A stretch of 64,000 nucleotides of DNA from NCBI GenBank assembly GCA_964604195.1, contig CAZRXW010000001.1:2358-66357 (forward strand). Reading direction: 5' to 3'. This DNA comes from an uncultured Bdellovibrionales bacterium. Lineage in GTDB: Bacteria; Patescibacteriota; Minisyncoccia; Moranbacterales; UBA1568. Shown here piece after piece: positions 8,548 through 18,059 of this stretch (position 1 is its first letter; each line of letters begins with the position of its first letter). The notes below the pieces were generated by a model that was given only the letters and a program-made list of their open reading frames with translations, made no database searches and was not told where the DNA came from. The position numbers and the translations under genes are program-made.

Positions 8548-9486
8548 ATGGATACGTGGCTCATTATTTCTTTAATTGCTCCAGCGTTATGGGCAATTAC
8601 CAATCTTATCGATGTCTATTTTGTTGCATCGTCTTATGATGATGAATATGATGGTGCTGTTATCTCCGGATTCTTCCAACTCTTCCCCTGGTTGTTAGTG
8701 TTGATTGGGTGGCAACAGTTTCATGGGTTTGGTGATGGGAGTGCTTATCTTTTTATCGGTGGCGTTTGTTATCTCCTCTTCCTTTTCTGGTATTTTAAAG
8801 CGTTGTTTTCAAAAAATGACGTTGCTCTTATTCAATTACTTCTTAATTTGGCAGTACCAGTAACGCTCATCCTTTCTTTTGCCTTCTATAGAGAGTTTAT
8901 TTCGGGACTACAATTTGTAGGTGGACTGCTAATTTTTGGCGGTGTTAGCGTGTTAGGTTTCCAGTCATCGTTTCAATGGTCTCAAATAAAGCACCTGGCT
9001 TTTCCTATGGGGTTGGCCGTTATTTTTCTTTCCCTAAGTATGATTTTTTCGAGCAAGGGATATGATTATGGGCATGGTTTTTTTAGTTCGTACCTTATTT
9101 ATTCTCTTGGCATGATGGCTACGGCAGCCGTCTTACTCCTCTTTAAACAGAAGAAAGACAGTGCATTTATAGGGCATCTTGTTACTTTGACAAGGAATTA
9201 TTTTGGTATTTTTCTTGTAGCTGAATTTATCGGGCTTCTGGGTTATATATTCTCTCAGCGTTCACTTGATCTGGCACCCTCGGCATCTTTAGTGGTACTA
9301 GTTGAATGCCTTCTTCCAATATTTATTCTTGTTTTTAGTTTTTTCATACTGGTATTTTTCAAAATTACCAATTCACATCAATCCCTTGTGGACGAAATTT
9401 ATCGAGATCAGCTTATTGGATATCCAGTTAAAATTATAGCTACGGTACTGGTCAGTCTAGGTGTTTATGTTTTATCATTGGGTTAA
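8548..9486 (+). CDS. EamA/DMT family transporter
   Basis: About 10 hydrophobic helices in two repeats; LIAPALWAITNLID, WYFKAL motifs. Confidence 0.75.
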   Translation: MDTWLIISLIAPALWAITNLIDVYFVASSYDDEYDGAVISGFFQLFPWLLVLIGWQQFHGFGDGSAYLFIGGVCYLLFLFWYFKALFSKNDVALIQLLLNLAVPVTLILSFAFYREFISGLQFVGGLLIFGGVSVLGFQSSFQWSQIKHLAFPMGLAVIFLSLSMIFSSKGYDYGHGFFSSYLIYSLGMMATAAVLLLFKQKKDSAFIGHLVTLTRNYFGIFLVAEFIGLLGYIFSQRSLDLAPSASLVVLVECLLPIFILVFSFFILVFFKITNSHQSLVDEIYRDQLIGYPVKIIATVLVSLGVYVLSLG

Positions 9487-9494
9487 TTTAATCT

Positions 9495-11165
9495 ATGTTT
9501 TGTATTGACATACCATCTCCTGTAGCGCTTATTTTCTCGGAGTCTACACCGACGCTGCTTTATTATTCGCATCTCCCAGTGATATTTGTGTCTATTTTAA
9601 TTGGTCTGCTTGTTTTTTCTAAAAATAAAAGTCTTGAAAGCCGATTGCTCTTGGCAGTCGTGGTTTCTTTTGCGACATGGAATCTGATTGATCTCGTTAA
9701 TTGGACAAATGTTGATGCTCGCATCATCATGATTTCCTGGTCTTTCATGAACTTCTTCTTTTGTTTGGTTGTAGCGCTCACTCTTTATTTCTCTTATGTC
9801 TTTTTAAGAAAAGAAGAGCCGAGGCTATGGGCACTGCTAGTTGGAGCTCTGCCTCTTATTACTTATATCCTATTTATTCCTACATCATTCAATCTTATAG
9901 GGTTCGATCTAGCCATTTGTGAGGCAATGGAGGGTTCTTTAGTTACCTACTTTCATTTGCTCCAGGCATTTTACTTTGTTTGGCTGGTTCTCTTTTTGAT
10001 TCATGAATGCTATCAAGATTGGAAACTAAAAAAGAAACAAGCTCTTTACTTGGGATTAGGTATAGGCTTCTTCATTCTGAGCTTCTATACAGGTAATCTT
10101 GTGGCTGATATTCTCGATAATTGGGAATTGGAACAGTATGGTCTTTTCGGAATGCTTATTTTCATGATGTTTCTGGTCTATCTAATTGTCCGCTACCAGG
10201 CTTTCAACATGAAGCTCCTAGGGGCTCAGGCTTTAACAGCGGCCTTTGTTATTCTTATAGGAACTCAGTTCTTCTTTGCTACAACTACCATTACAATTGT
10301 TCTTACCACCATTACATTTGTCCTTTCTCTTATTTTTGCTTATTTCCTTATCAGGGAAGTGAAAAAAGAGGTTCAGCGGAAGGAGGAGTTGGAGGTGCTG
10401 ACCAATGAGTTGTCAGTCGCCAATACCGAGCTCAAACGGCTTGATAGTGCCAAGAGTGAATTCATCTCAATTGCATCTCACCAACTCCGTACGCCACTTA
10501 CTGCTATCAGGGGATTTCTTGATCTTTTGCTCGAGGGAGCGTATGGAAAAATTGAACCAAAGGTAAAGGATACTTTGGGCAAGTTGACCATTGCTAATAA
10601 TCGTCTCATGGGTTTGGTGGAAAATCTTTTGAATATCTCTCGTATTGAGGCGGGGAGGATCCAGTATCAGTTTAATCCAGCTCATATCGAAGATATAGTA
10701 AATGAACTGGAAGATATGTTTGTACTGGCCGCAAAAGAAAAGGGTATAGCTTTCTCAGTCAAAAGGCCCAAGCAGTCACTGCCTCTTCTCTCGCTTGATG
10801 CCACCAAGATTCGTGAGGTAATTTCCAACCTTATCGATAACGCTCTGAAGTACACTTCTCAGGGGTCGATAACGGTTTCGTATGAGCACCACCCTCACTC
10901 TGTCCGGGTCATTATAACCGACACAGGTATGGGCATCGAACCTAAAGATTTGCCGCATATATTCAAGAAGTTTGAGCGTGGAACAGGAGCGGAAAAAGTC
11001 AATGTATCAAGTACGGGGTTAGGGCTCTATGTAGGGAGTAAGTTTGCTGAGGCGCATGGAGGAACTATTCGTGCTGAATCAGCGGGCAAGGGTCAGGGCT
11101 CCCGGTTTATTCTGGAGCTCCCGGTGCACATTGTAGAACGGGCCAAGGAGTTGCCCCAAGCCTAA
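9495..11165 (+). CDS. Sensor histidine kinase with multi-TM N-terminal domain
   Basis: H-box ASHQLRTPL, N-box NLIDNALKY, G1 DTGMGI, G2 GLGLY; about 280-aa polytopic N-terminus. Confidence 0.95.
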   Translation: MFCIDIPSPVALIFSESTPTLLYYSHLPVIFVSILIGLLVFSKNKSLESRLLLAVVVSFATWNLIDLVNWTNVDARIIMISWSFMNFFFCLVVALTLYFSYVFLRKEEPRLWALLVGALPLITYILFIPTSFNLIGFDLAICEAMEGSLVTYFHLLQAFYFVWLVLFLIHECYQDWKLKKKQALYLGLGIGFFILSFYTGNLVADILDNWELEQYGLFGMLIFMMFLVYLIVRYQAFNMKLLGAQALTAAFVILIGTQFFFATTTITIVLTTITFVLSLIFAYFLIREVKKEVQRKEELEVLTNELSVANTELKRLDSAKSEFISIASHQLRTPLTAIRGFLDLLLEGAYGKIEPKVKDTLGKLTIANNRLMGLVENLLNISRIEAGRIQYQFNPAHIEDIVNELEDMFVLAAKEKGIAFSVKRPKQSLPLLSLDATKIREVISNLIDNALKYTSQGSITVSYEHHPHSVRVIITDTGMGIEPKDLPHIFKKFERGTGAEKVNVSSTGLGLYVGSKFAEAHGGTIRAESAGKGQGSRFILELPVHIVERAKELPQA

Positions 11166-11201
11166 TAGTCTGCTAATCTAGGGCGGTTAGAAGCAAAATA
11201 T

Positions 11202-11570
11202 ATGTCAAAAATATTGTTGGTTGAAGACGATCCATTTATAGCTGAGATTTACGAGAAAAAGCTCGCTGACGCTGGTTTTGAGGTGGTCAATGCCAAGACG
11301 GGCAAGGAGGTCCTCAAACGAGTTGCCGAATCGGCATATGATCTGGTGCTGCTTGATATGGTCCTTCCAGAGCTTTCAGGCATGGAGGTTCTCCAGGAGC
11401 TCCGCAGTAAGCCGGAATATGATCAGAATCTCAAAATAGTGGTGTTTAGCAATCTTTCGAGTCCAGAAGAGCAAGCGGCTGCCATCAAAGCTGGGGCAAC
11501 GGGTTTTATTTCCAAAACCTCATTTGCTCCCTCTCAAGTAGTGGATGAAATAAAGCGATATTTGATGTAA
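11202..11570 (+). CDS. Single-domain response regulator (CheY-like receiver)
   Basis: ILLVEDD, LLDMVLP..SG, FISK. Confidence 0.93.
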   Translation: MSKILLVEDDPFIAEIYEKKLADAGFEVVNAKTGKEVLKRVAESAYDLVLLDMVLPELSGMEVLQELRSKPEYDQNLKIVVFSNLSSPEEQAAAIKAGATGFISKTSFAPSQVVDEIKRYLM

Positions 11571-11581
11571 TTGAATGGCGT

Positions 11582-12907
11582 ATGTCCTCGAGAGTTTTGG
11601 TTCTTGATGCGGTGCACAAAATTGGTGAGACGATCGAACTTCGTGGTTGGGTGAGTGTTCGTCGTGACCACGGTAAGTTAATTTTCCTCGAACTTCGTGA
11701 TCGTAGTGGGTCAGTGCAGCTGGTGGTTACTCCAGAAAAGGAAAATGTTTTGACGGTGGCAAAAGAAGTTCGTCCAGAATATACGGTCTCGGTAACTGGA
11801 TTAGTCAAAGAACGTCCCGGAAAAGCAGCTGAGAGTTCACCTACTGGCGGAATAGAAATTGAGGTTACATCACTCTCGATTCTCTCCCAGCCAGCAGAAG
11901 AACTTCCTATTGATGTTTCCAAGACTGATCTCGAACTCAATCTCGACACACTTCTTACTCATCGCACCCTGGCTCTTCGTAATGAAAAAGTGCGAGCCAT
12001 TTTCAAGATTTACTCCGAAATGCTTTTTGCTTATGGTGAAGCACTTCGGCAGGAGGGATTCCTCGAAATCAAGACCCCCAAGATTCTTTCGGCAGCTACG
12101 GAGGGCGGGGCAAACTTCTTCAAAATTAAATACTTCGATCGAGATGCTTTTTTGGCACAGAGCCCTCAGTTCTACAAGCAGGCTGCTATGAGTGCCTTTG
12201 AGCGAGTCTTTGAGGTGGGTGTTGTGTTTCGAGCGGAGCCAAGTTTTACTACTCGCCATGTGACAGAGTATACCGGTCTTGATGCTGAGATGGGTTTTAT
12301 TGAGAATGTCGAAGAGGTGATGGCTATGCTAGAAAAAACCATGATGCATGTCTTCGCTCATATTGGTAAAACCTGCCAGAAAGAACTCGCCCTGTACGGA
12401 GCCACCGTTCCAGAGGCGGTGCCTATCCCACGCTTGCGACTAGCGGAAGCTTTCGAGATTCTCAAGAATGAATTTGGAAAAGTAATCCCTGAAGGCGAGG
12501 ATATTGATAGTGAAGGAGAGCGTCTCATTGGTGAGTACGTTAAAAAGAAATACAATTCCGATTTTGTTTTCCTCACTCATTATCCAACGGCGGTACGGGC
12601 TTTTTATTCATTGCCGAGTCCTGAAAATCCCAAGCTGTGTGAAAGCTATGACCTCGTGTTTCGTGGTCTGGAAATTGCCTCAGGAGCTGAGCGTGTACAT
12701 GAGTATCAGATGTTGGTGGATATTCTCAAAGGTCGCGGGCTTGATCCGGCTCAGTTTAGTGACTATCTGGATATCTTCAAAAACGGAGCGCCTCGGCATG
12801 GTGGATGGGGATTGGGTTCTGAACGTATAGTGCAGAAGCTTCTCGGGCTGGAGACTATCAAAGAAGCGATTCTCTACCCTCGAGATGTGAAGCGTCTCAC
12901 CCCCTAG
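11582..12907 (+). CDS. aspS: Aspartate--tRNA(Asp/Asn) ligase, short non-discriminating type
   Basis: OB fold RRDHGKLIF, EGGA..F, LAQSPQFYKQ, FRAE, HGGWGLG, YPRD; 441 aa with no GAD insertion. Confidence 0.93.
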   Translation: MSSRVLVLDAVHKIGETIELRGWVSVRRDHGKLIFLELRDRSGSVQLVVTPEKENVLTVAKEVRPEYTVSVTGLVKERPGKAAESSPTGGIEIEVTSLSILSQPAEELPIDVSKTDLELNLDTLLTHRTLALRNEKVRAIFKIYSEMLFAYGEALRQEGFLEIKTPKILSAATEGGANFFKIKYFDRDAFLAQSPQFYKQAAMSAFERVFEVGVVFRAEPSFTTRHVTEYTGLDAEMGFIENVEEVMAMLEKTMMHVFAHIGKTCQKELALYGATVPEAVPIPRLRLAEAFEILKNEFGKVIPEGEDIDSEGERLIGEYVKKKYNSDFVFLTHYPTAVRAFYSLPSPENPKLCESYDLVFRGLEIASGAERVHEYQMLVDILKGRGLDPAQFSDYLDIFKNGAPRHGGWGLGSERIVQKLLGLETIKEAILYPRDVKRLTP

Positions 12908-12923
12908 TTTTTCCAGTTTCCCT

Positions 12924-12958
12924 AACCCGTCCTTTAGCCCTGGGCGGGTTTCTTTTTG
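12924..12958 (+). terminator. Intrinsic terminator after aspS
   Basis: AACCCGTCC..GGGCGGGTT followed by T-rich run. Confidence 0.65.
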
Positions 12959-12985
12959 TTTTATATAGGGTACAATGTGAGTGCT

Positions 12986-13543
12986 ATGCAAACAACTCAG
13001 ACAAACATCGAGGGACTCCTTATTCTTCAACCAGCTCTCTATGCTGATGAGCGGGGTTGGTTTATGGAGAGTTTTCAGGAGGAACGGTATCAGGGGCTTC
13101 TGGGTACAGATATTCATTTTGTTCAAGATAATCTTTCGTTTTCCAAGCGAGGGGTTCTGAGAGGACTACATTATCAAGCGCCGCCATTTGCTCAGGGGAA
13201 GCTCGTCTCGGTCTTGCATGGCCGAGTCATGGATGTGGCGGTTGATATTCGGTTTGGATCGCCGACCTTTGGGCAACATGTCGCAGTCGAGCTTTCAGCC
13301 GAGAATCATAAACAATTTTGGATTCCAGCAGGTTTTGCCCACGGTTTTATTGCACTCGAAGATGATACGGTGTTTGCCTATAAATGCACCAATGTTTATT
13401 CACGCGAACATGACCGAGGAGTGCGGTGGAATGACTCAGCTCTTGGTATACGCTGGGGAATAGATAATCCTATTGTGTCAGAAAAAGACAGAGTTCACCC
13501 ATTGTTGAAGGACATTCAAAAGGATTTCGTATTTGAAAGTTAA
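12986..13543 (+). CDS. rfbC: dTDP-4-dehydrorhamnose 3,5-epimerase
   Basis: DERGWF, QDNLS.S..GVLRGLHYQ, DVAVDIR.GSPTFG, GFAHGF. Confidence 0.96.
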   Translation: MQTTQTNIEGLLILQPALYADERGWFMESFQEERYQGLLGTDIHFVQDNLSFSKRGVLRGLHYQAPPFAQGKLVSVLHGRVMDVAVDIRFGSPTFGQHVAVELSAENHKQFWIPAGFAHGFIALEDDTVFAYKCTNVYSREHDRGVRWNDSALGIRWGIDNPIVSEKDRVHPLLKDIQKDFVFES

Positions 13544-13565
13544 TCAGCGAGGTAACTGGAAAGCT

Positions 13566-14567
13566 ATGAGACTACTCGTGACGGGAGGTGCTGGATTTAT
13601 CGGAGGTAATTTCGTTCACCACGTATTACAAGCCTCTCCAGAATACACCGTAGTGGTGTTGGATGCGCTGACCTATGCGGGGAATTTAGAAAACTTAGCG
13701 AGCGTACAGGATGCTGCTCATTTTCGGTTTGTGAAAGGTGATATTACCGATGCAACGCTGGTGGATACTTTGGTCAAGGAGTGTGACGCGGTCGTACATT
13801 TTGCTGCTGAATCACACGTAGACCGCTCCATTTTGGGGCCGGAAGCATTTGTACGGACCAATGTGCTCGGAACCTTTACTTTGTTAGAAGCCGCCCGCAA
13901 GTATAGCAAGCGTTTCCATCATGTCTCCACCGATGAGGTGTTTGGCACTCTGGCCCAGACCGATCCAGCGTTTGACGAATCAACAGCCTATGATCCACGA
14001 AGCCCCTATAGCGCCAGTAAGGCAGGGAGTGATCACCTCGTGCGTGCCTACTTCCATACCTATGGGCTGCCGATCACGATTTCCAATTGCTCCAATAATT
14101 ATGGACCCTACCATTTCCCAGAGAAACTGATTCCGCTCGCTATTACCAATCTTCTTGAAGGAAAAAAGGTGCCGGTGTATGGTGACGGGCTTCAGGTACG
14201 GGACTGGCTCTATGTCGAGGACCATGCCAGGGCTATCGCGCTCATTCTCGAAAAGGGAAGGGTTGGTGAAACGTACTGTATCGGTGGCAATGCAGAGAAA
14301 GAAAATATCTGGATTGTGAAGAAACTGTTGGAAGTCCTTGGCTTTGGGGAAGAATACATCGAGTATGTGCAGGATCGACCAGGGCATGATCGCCGCTACG
14401 CGATCAATTTTGGCAAGATCAAAAATGAGCTCAGCTGGGAGCCAAGCGTAAGTCTTGAAGAAGGCCTCGTCAAAACGGTCGAGTGGTTCAAGGAAAATAG
14501 AGAGTGGTGGCAGCGAGTCAAAAGCGGTGAGTACCAGAAGTATTATGAAAAACAGTATGGAAAATAG
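13566..14567 (+). CDS. rfbB: dTDP-glucose 4,6-dehydratase
   Basis: TGGAGFIG, DALTYAG, AAESHVDRS, STDEV, YSASK, DRPGHDRRY. Confidence 0.97.
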   Translation: MRLLVTGGAGFIGGNFVHHVLQASPEYTVVVLDALTYAGNLENLASVQDAAHFRFVKGDITDATLVDTLVKECDAVVHFAAESHVDRSILGPEAFVRTNVLGTFTLLEAARKYSKRFHHVSTDEVFGTLAQTDPAFDESTAYDPRSPYSASKAGSDHLVRAYFHTYGLPITISNCSNNYGPYHFPEKLIPLAITNLLEGKKVPVYGDGLQVRDWLYVEDHARAIALILEKGRVGETYCIGGNAEKENIWIVKKLLEVLGFGEEYIEYVQDRPGHDRRYAINFGKIKNELSWEPSVSLEEGLVKTVEWFKENREWWQRVKSGEYQKYYEKQYGK

Positions 14568-15126
14568 CACATCTGCTTACTTATGTAGTAAATGTGGGAT
14601 GAAAGCTAGTATAGTGGATGGAAGAATAAAAAGAACCTGCACGTGTAGTGCAGACAGGACAGTACTGACTAATATCAGTGCAAATTTACAATATGCTGGC
14701 AGCAGAGCGGAATACTACCAGCTTTTTGAAACGGGCAAGGTATTTTATGAAGCGGCATTATATCTGAAACGAGCAGGGCGGCCGTCAATCGTGTACTTAC
14801 ACTTAATATGCCAAGCATTTGAAAATATATCGAAATACATTATCTGTGAAGGAAAAGGGCACATATATTGTTACCCGAATCCGAAGGAGAAACCATCAGG
14901 TAAATTTGGTCATTGTTTATATGATCTTTTAACAGAGGTTAAGACGTGCAGTGGAAATCCTGTGACCTTTGCATTGGAAGAAGAAGTTAAAAAATTATCA
15001 GATCCTTATAAAAAAAGAGTGTTTGCGTACGGAGATTTTAAGACCTCATTCAATGGGGATTCTGAATATAAGGTGAGTCACCTTTTTGAGTATTTAAAGA
15101 AAGTATTGAGTTTAGTTGATAGTTAA
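14557..15126 (+). CDS. Hypothetical protein, CxxC..CxC N-terminus and possible HEPN-like domain
   Basis: CSKC..CTC; QAFENISK..FGHCLYDLL resembles HEPN helices; AT-rich relative to neighbours. Confidence 0.5.
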   Translation: MENSTSAYLCSKCGMKASIVDGRIKRTCTCSADRTVLTNISANLQYAGSRAEYYQLFETGKVFYEAALYLKRAGRPSIVYLHLICQAFENISKYIICEGKGHIYCYPNPKEKPSGKFGHCLYDLLTEVKTCSGNPVTFALEEEVKKLSDPYKKRVFAYGDFKTSFNGDSEYKVSHLFEYLKKVLSLVDS

Positions 15127-15138
15127 TTTTAATAAACT

Positions 15139-15801
15139 ATGAAATTTCTCCTCACGTCAGCAGGAATAAGCAATCCTTCAATTGAAAAAGCATTGTTTGA
15201 GTTGTTAGAGAAACCAGTAAGTGAGACGAGAGTGGTTTTTATCCCAACAGCAGCCAATCTTGTAGCGGATGACAAGAGTTGGTTGGTGCAGAATTACAAT
15301 GATTTCTTGAAGTTGGGTTTACAGTCTTTTGATATTGTCGATATATCAGCAGTGCCAAAAGAAAATTGGATGAAGCGCTTTGAGGCAGCTGATGTACTTT
15401 GTTTCGGTGGTGGTGATGAACAGTATCTTACCCACCTCATGCGAGAGAGCGGAGTAGTCGAGGTGTTGCCTGAGTTACTCAAAACACGAGTTTATATGGG
15501 CATCAGTGCCGGGAGTATGGTAGTGGGTAAGTTACTTTCTGGTGAATTGACCAAAGAGCTGTGGCCAGAGGAATCCTTTGAGGGGAGTGAGGAAGGTTTG
15601 GGGTTATATGATTTTTCAATCTTGCCGCATTTGAACTCCGATTACTTCGCTCATCTCCGTGTGCCACTTATCGAGTCAATGAAGGATCGATTTCCTCAGA
15701 CAATCTACGCTCTTGATGATGCTTCGGCCCTGAAGGTGATAGAAGGTCAGATTGAAGTGGTGAGCGAGGGTCAATTTTTAGAGTTAGAAAAACAAATATG
15801 A
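15139..15801 (+). CDS. Peptidase E / S51 family (class I glutamine amidotransferase-like)
   Basis: FIPTA, FGGGD, GISAGS nucleophile elbow, LPH. Confidence 0.88.
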   Translation: MKFLLTSAGISNPSIEKALFELLEKPVSETRVVFIPTAANLVADDKSWLVQNYNDFLKLGLQSFDIVDISAVPKENWMKRFEAADVLCFGGGDEQYLTHLMRESGVVEVLPELLKTRVYMGISAGSMVVGKLLSGELTKELWPEESFEGSEEGLGLYDFSILPHLNSDYFAHLRVPLIESMKDRFPQTIYALDDASALKVIEGQIEVVSEGQFLELEKQI

Positions 15802-16451
15802 ATATCACCAAATTTGGGCATTGTTGCATCTTGATTGAAATAGATGGGGTACGGATACTGACGGATCCAGGGAATTATAGTGAGACGCCGATGGTTTCGG
15901 ATATTGATGGAATACTCATTACTCATGAACATCAGGATCATTGCCATGTGGAAAGTCTTCACATTGTCCTTGTCAAGAACCCGGGCGCGCAGGTCATTAC
16001 CCATGCTGGGGTAGGCAAGATACTCGATGAAGCAGGGATCAAGTGGGAACCCATCAGTGATGGAGGGGAAAAAGAAATCAAGGGGGTGAAGATCCAGAGC
16101 TTTGGTAGCGAACACGCCTGTATCCATCACGACCTTCCACCGGTACAAAACACTGGATTTTTGATTGCCGAAAAACTATTCTATCCGGGCGATTCATTTC
16201 ACAATCCCCATCGGGAGATTGAGATTCTAGCTCTCCCAGTGGCAGGACCATGGATGAAACTTTCCGAAGCGATCGAGTATGCCAAGGCTATGAAGCCAAA
16301 AGTTGTTTTTCCGGTGCATGATGGGATGCTCCGGCAGGGGATAGAACTTGGGCCAACACGTCGCATCCCCACACTCCTTCTCGAGCCGCTGGGTATCAAA
16401 TATGTCGACATGACCGAAGGATCGGTACAAGATTTTAATGCCATCATATGA
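15798..16451 (+). CDS. MBL-fold metallo-hydrolase
   Basis: GHCC, TDPG, THEHQDH, PGD, PVHDG. Confidence 0.92.
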   Translation: MNITKFGHCCILIEIDGVRILTDPGNYSETPMVSDIDGILITHEHQDHCHVESLHIVLVKNPGAQVITHAGVGKILDEAGIKWEPISDGGEKEIKGVKIQSFGSEHACIHHDLPPVQNTGFLIAEKLFYPGDSFHNPHREIEILALPVAGPWMKLSEAIEYAKAMKPKVVFPVHDGMLRQGIELGPTRRIPTLLLEPLGIKYVDMTEGSVQDFNAII

Positions 16452-16774
16452 CCTTTGAAGATTTCCAACAATTTATTGAGGCTCAGCATGCGTTCTTTCG
16501 GAAGGTGAAGAAGCAGACGAAGAAAGACCGGATCTTTGCTCGAACGATTAAGCTAGGGGAAGAATACGGCGAATTGTGCGACGAGGTATTGGCTTCAGTG
16601 GGGGATCAGCGGAAAGGAAAGCTGGCTAAAGAGAAGGTTGGGGACCTGGAAAGTGAATTTGCGGATGTGCTCATTACGCTCTTTATGCTGGCCAAAGCGA
16701 TGGACGTCGACATTATGCAGGCGCTCGATACCAAGGTGAAGAAAATAAAAGCCAAGTACAATAAACAAGTATGA
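16448..16774 (+). CDS. MazG-like NTP pyrophosphohydrolase
   Basis: KLGEEYGELCDEV..EFADV. Confidence 0.88.
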   Translation: MTFEDFQQFIEAQHAFFRKVKKQTKKDRIFARTIKLGEEYGELCDEVLASVGDQRKGKLAKEKVGDLESEFADVLITLFMLAKAMDVDIMQALDTKVKKIKAKYNKQV

Positions 16775-16786
16775 TCTTTTCTTCAT

Positions 16787-16822
16787 ATACGCAAGTACTC
16801 ACGGTCGTAGCAAGTTGCGTAG
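16787..16822. repeat. 36-bp imperfect palindrome, left copy
   Basis: ATACGCAAGTACTCACGGTCGTAGCAAGTTGCGTAG; 28/36 identical to the reverse complement of 17486-17521. Confidence 0.8.
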
Positions 16823-16881
16823 TTTTGGTTTTTGGGTTACACTCAGCCGAAGATATCTAAAGAGTACATATAGAGATATTT

Positions 16882-17460
16882 ATGCCAGAACAATCAGTTA
16901 AAACGGGTTCGATACAACATAGCCTCATTACCAGGACTATTCTTGGAGTGATTGCTACGGCTGGTATAGTAGGTGTGGCAGCGGTAGCCCCGGGTGCCTT
17001 TCAGCTGGTTCGACTTTTACGAAAAAGTACTGTTCGGCGTTACGAAGCCCCATCCTATATTCGTCGCACGATCAAAAGTCTGCAAAAAAGAGGATTGGTA
17101 CGAGTGACAGTGAAATCAGGCGAAATGAGAGTATACCTTACTGAAAAAGGGGAACGGGAAGTTTTGAAGTATCAGATCAAGGAAAAGTGTTTACTACAGG
17201 GTCATTGGGATAAAAAGTGGAGAATTATTATTTTTGACATAGAGGAGCGGCGTCGTTTTGCTCGAGATGGCATTCGCTCTGATATGGAAGAATTGGGCTT
17301 GGTGCGATTGCAAGACAGCGTCTGGGTATATCCTTTTGATTGTGAGGAAGTGGTGACTTTGCTCAAGGCACATTATAAACTTGGAAAACAACTCGTATAT
17401 ATTACCGCTGGGGATATTGAAAATGACACTTGGCTACGGAAGCAATTTAACCTAAAGTAA
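16882..17460 (+). CDS. PaaX-family / Cas2-like fold protein with wHTH
   Basis: IKSLQKRGLV..LTEKG (wHTH), WDKKWRIIIFDIEE..R, LQDSVWVYP. Confidence 0.85.
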   Translation: MPEQSVKTGSIQHSLITRTILGVIATAGIVGVAAVAPGAFQLVRLLRKSTVRRYEAPSYIRRTIKSLQKRGLVRVTVKSGEMRVYLTEKGEREVLKYQIKEKCLLQGHWDKKWRIIIFDIEERRRFARDGIRSDMEELGLVRLQDSVWVYPFDCEEVVTLLKAHYKLGKQLVYITAGDIENDTWLRKQFNLK

Positions 17461-17485
17461 CGCTCTATGCTGTGGCTCTCTGGTT

Positions 17486-17521
17486 CTACTCAAGTTGTCA
17501 CGGTCGTGAGTACTTGAGTAG
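17486..17521. repeat. 36-bp imperfect palindrome, right copy
   Basis: CTACTCAAGT-tg-TCACG-gt-CGTGA-gt-ACTTGAGTAG. Confidence 0.8.
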
Positions 17522-17591
17522 GTGTATTTTCGAGGGTAAGTGGAAAGAAGGGGGATGATATACTGGTTTTGGGGATTGAAAAAAGAGTTAC

Positions 17592-18054
17592 ATGACGCAA
17601 CAGCCGAAATTTGTACCGAAACCTGGACAGGTAGACTTTACGGATATACGCTATTGTCCGGTGATGAACTGTGTTGTGCAGCACAGGCGAAAAATTCTGG
17701 TGGTACAGCGGAGTGCAGCGTTGCGACTCTATCCAGAGTATTGGAATGGGATTAGTGGTTTTCTTGATGATAAGCGAAGCTTTAAGGAAAAAGTGTGTGA
17801 TGAACTAAGGGAAGAATTAGGAATAAAAAAGAACAATATCCTTTCTATTGAAATGGGAAATATTTTTCATCAGGAATCGCCAAAATATAAAAAAACATGG
17901 ATTGTGCATCCGGTACTGGTCGAAGTGGATACCGACAAAGTAAAACTCAACTGGGAAGCTCAAGATTTCCAATGGCTCTCGGCCCAGAGAAGCAATGAGG
18001 CTCAAACTTCTGCCAGGTTTTGATCAGGTGTTGGGCTCATTTTTCAAAAGGTAA
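17592..18054 (+). CDS. NUDIX hydrolase with probable +1 frameshift near 17981
   Basis: WNGISG..ELREELG Nudix box; removing one base at about 17981 gives the natural-looking ending WLSPREAMRLKLLPGFDQVL to TAA 18052-18054. Confidence 0.8.
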
Positions 18055-18059
18055 CTGTT

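Noticed and set aside
16787-17521. CRISPR array with cas2
   Set aside because: Only two 36-bp copies, best matched in inverted orientation and separated by a gene; no spacers or cas1; the protein has PaaX-like wHTH architecture
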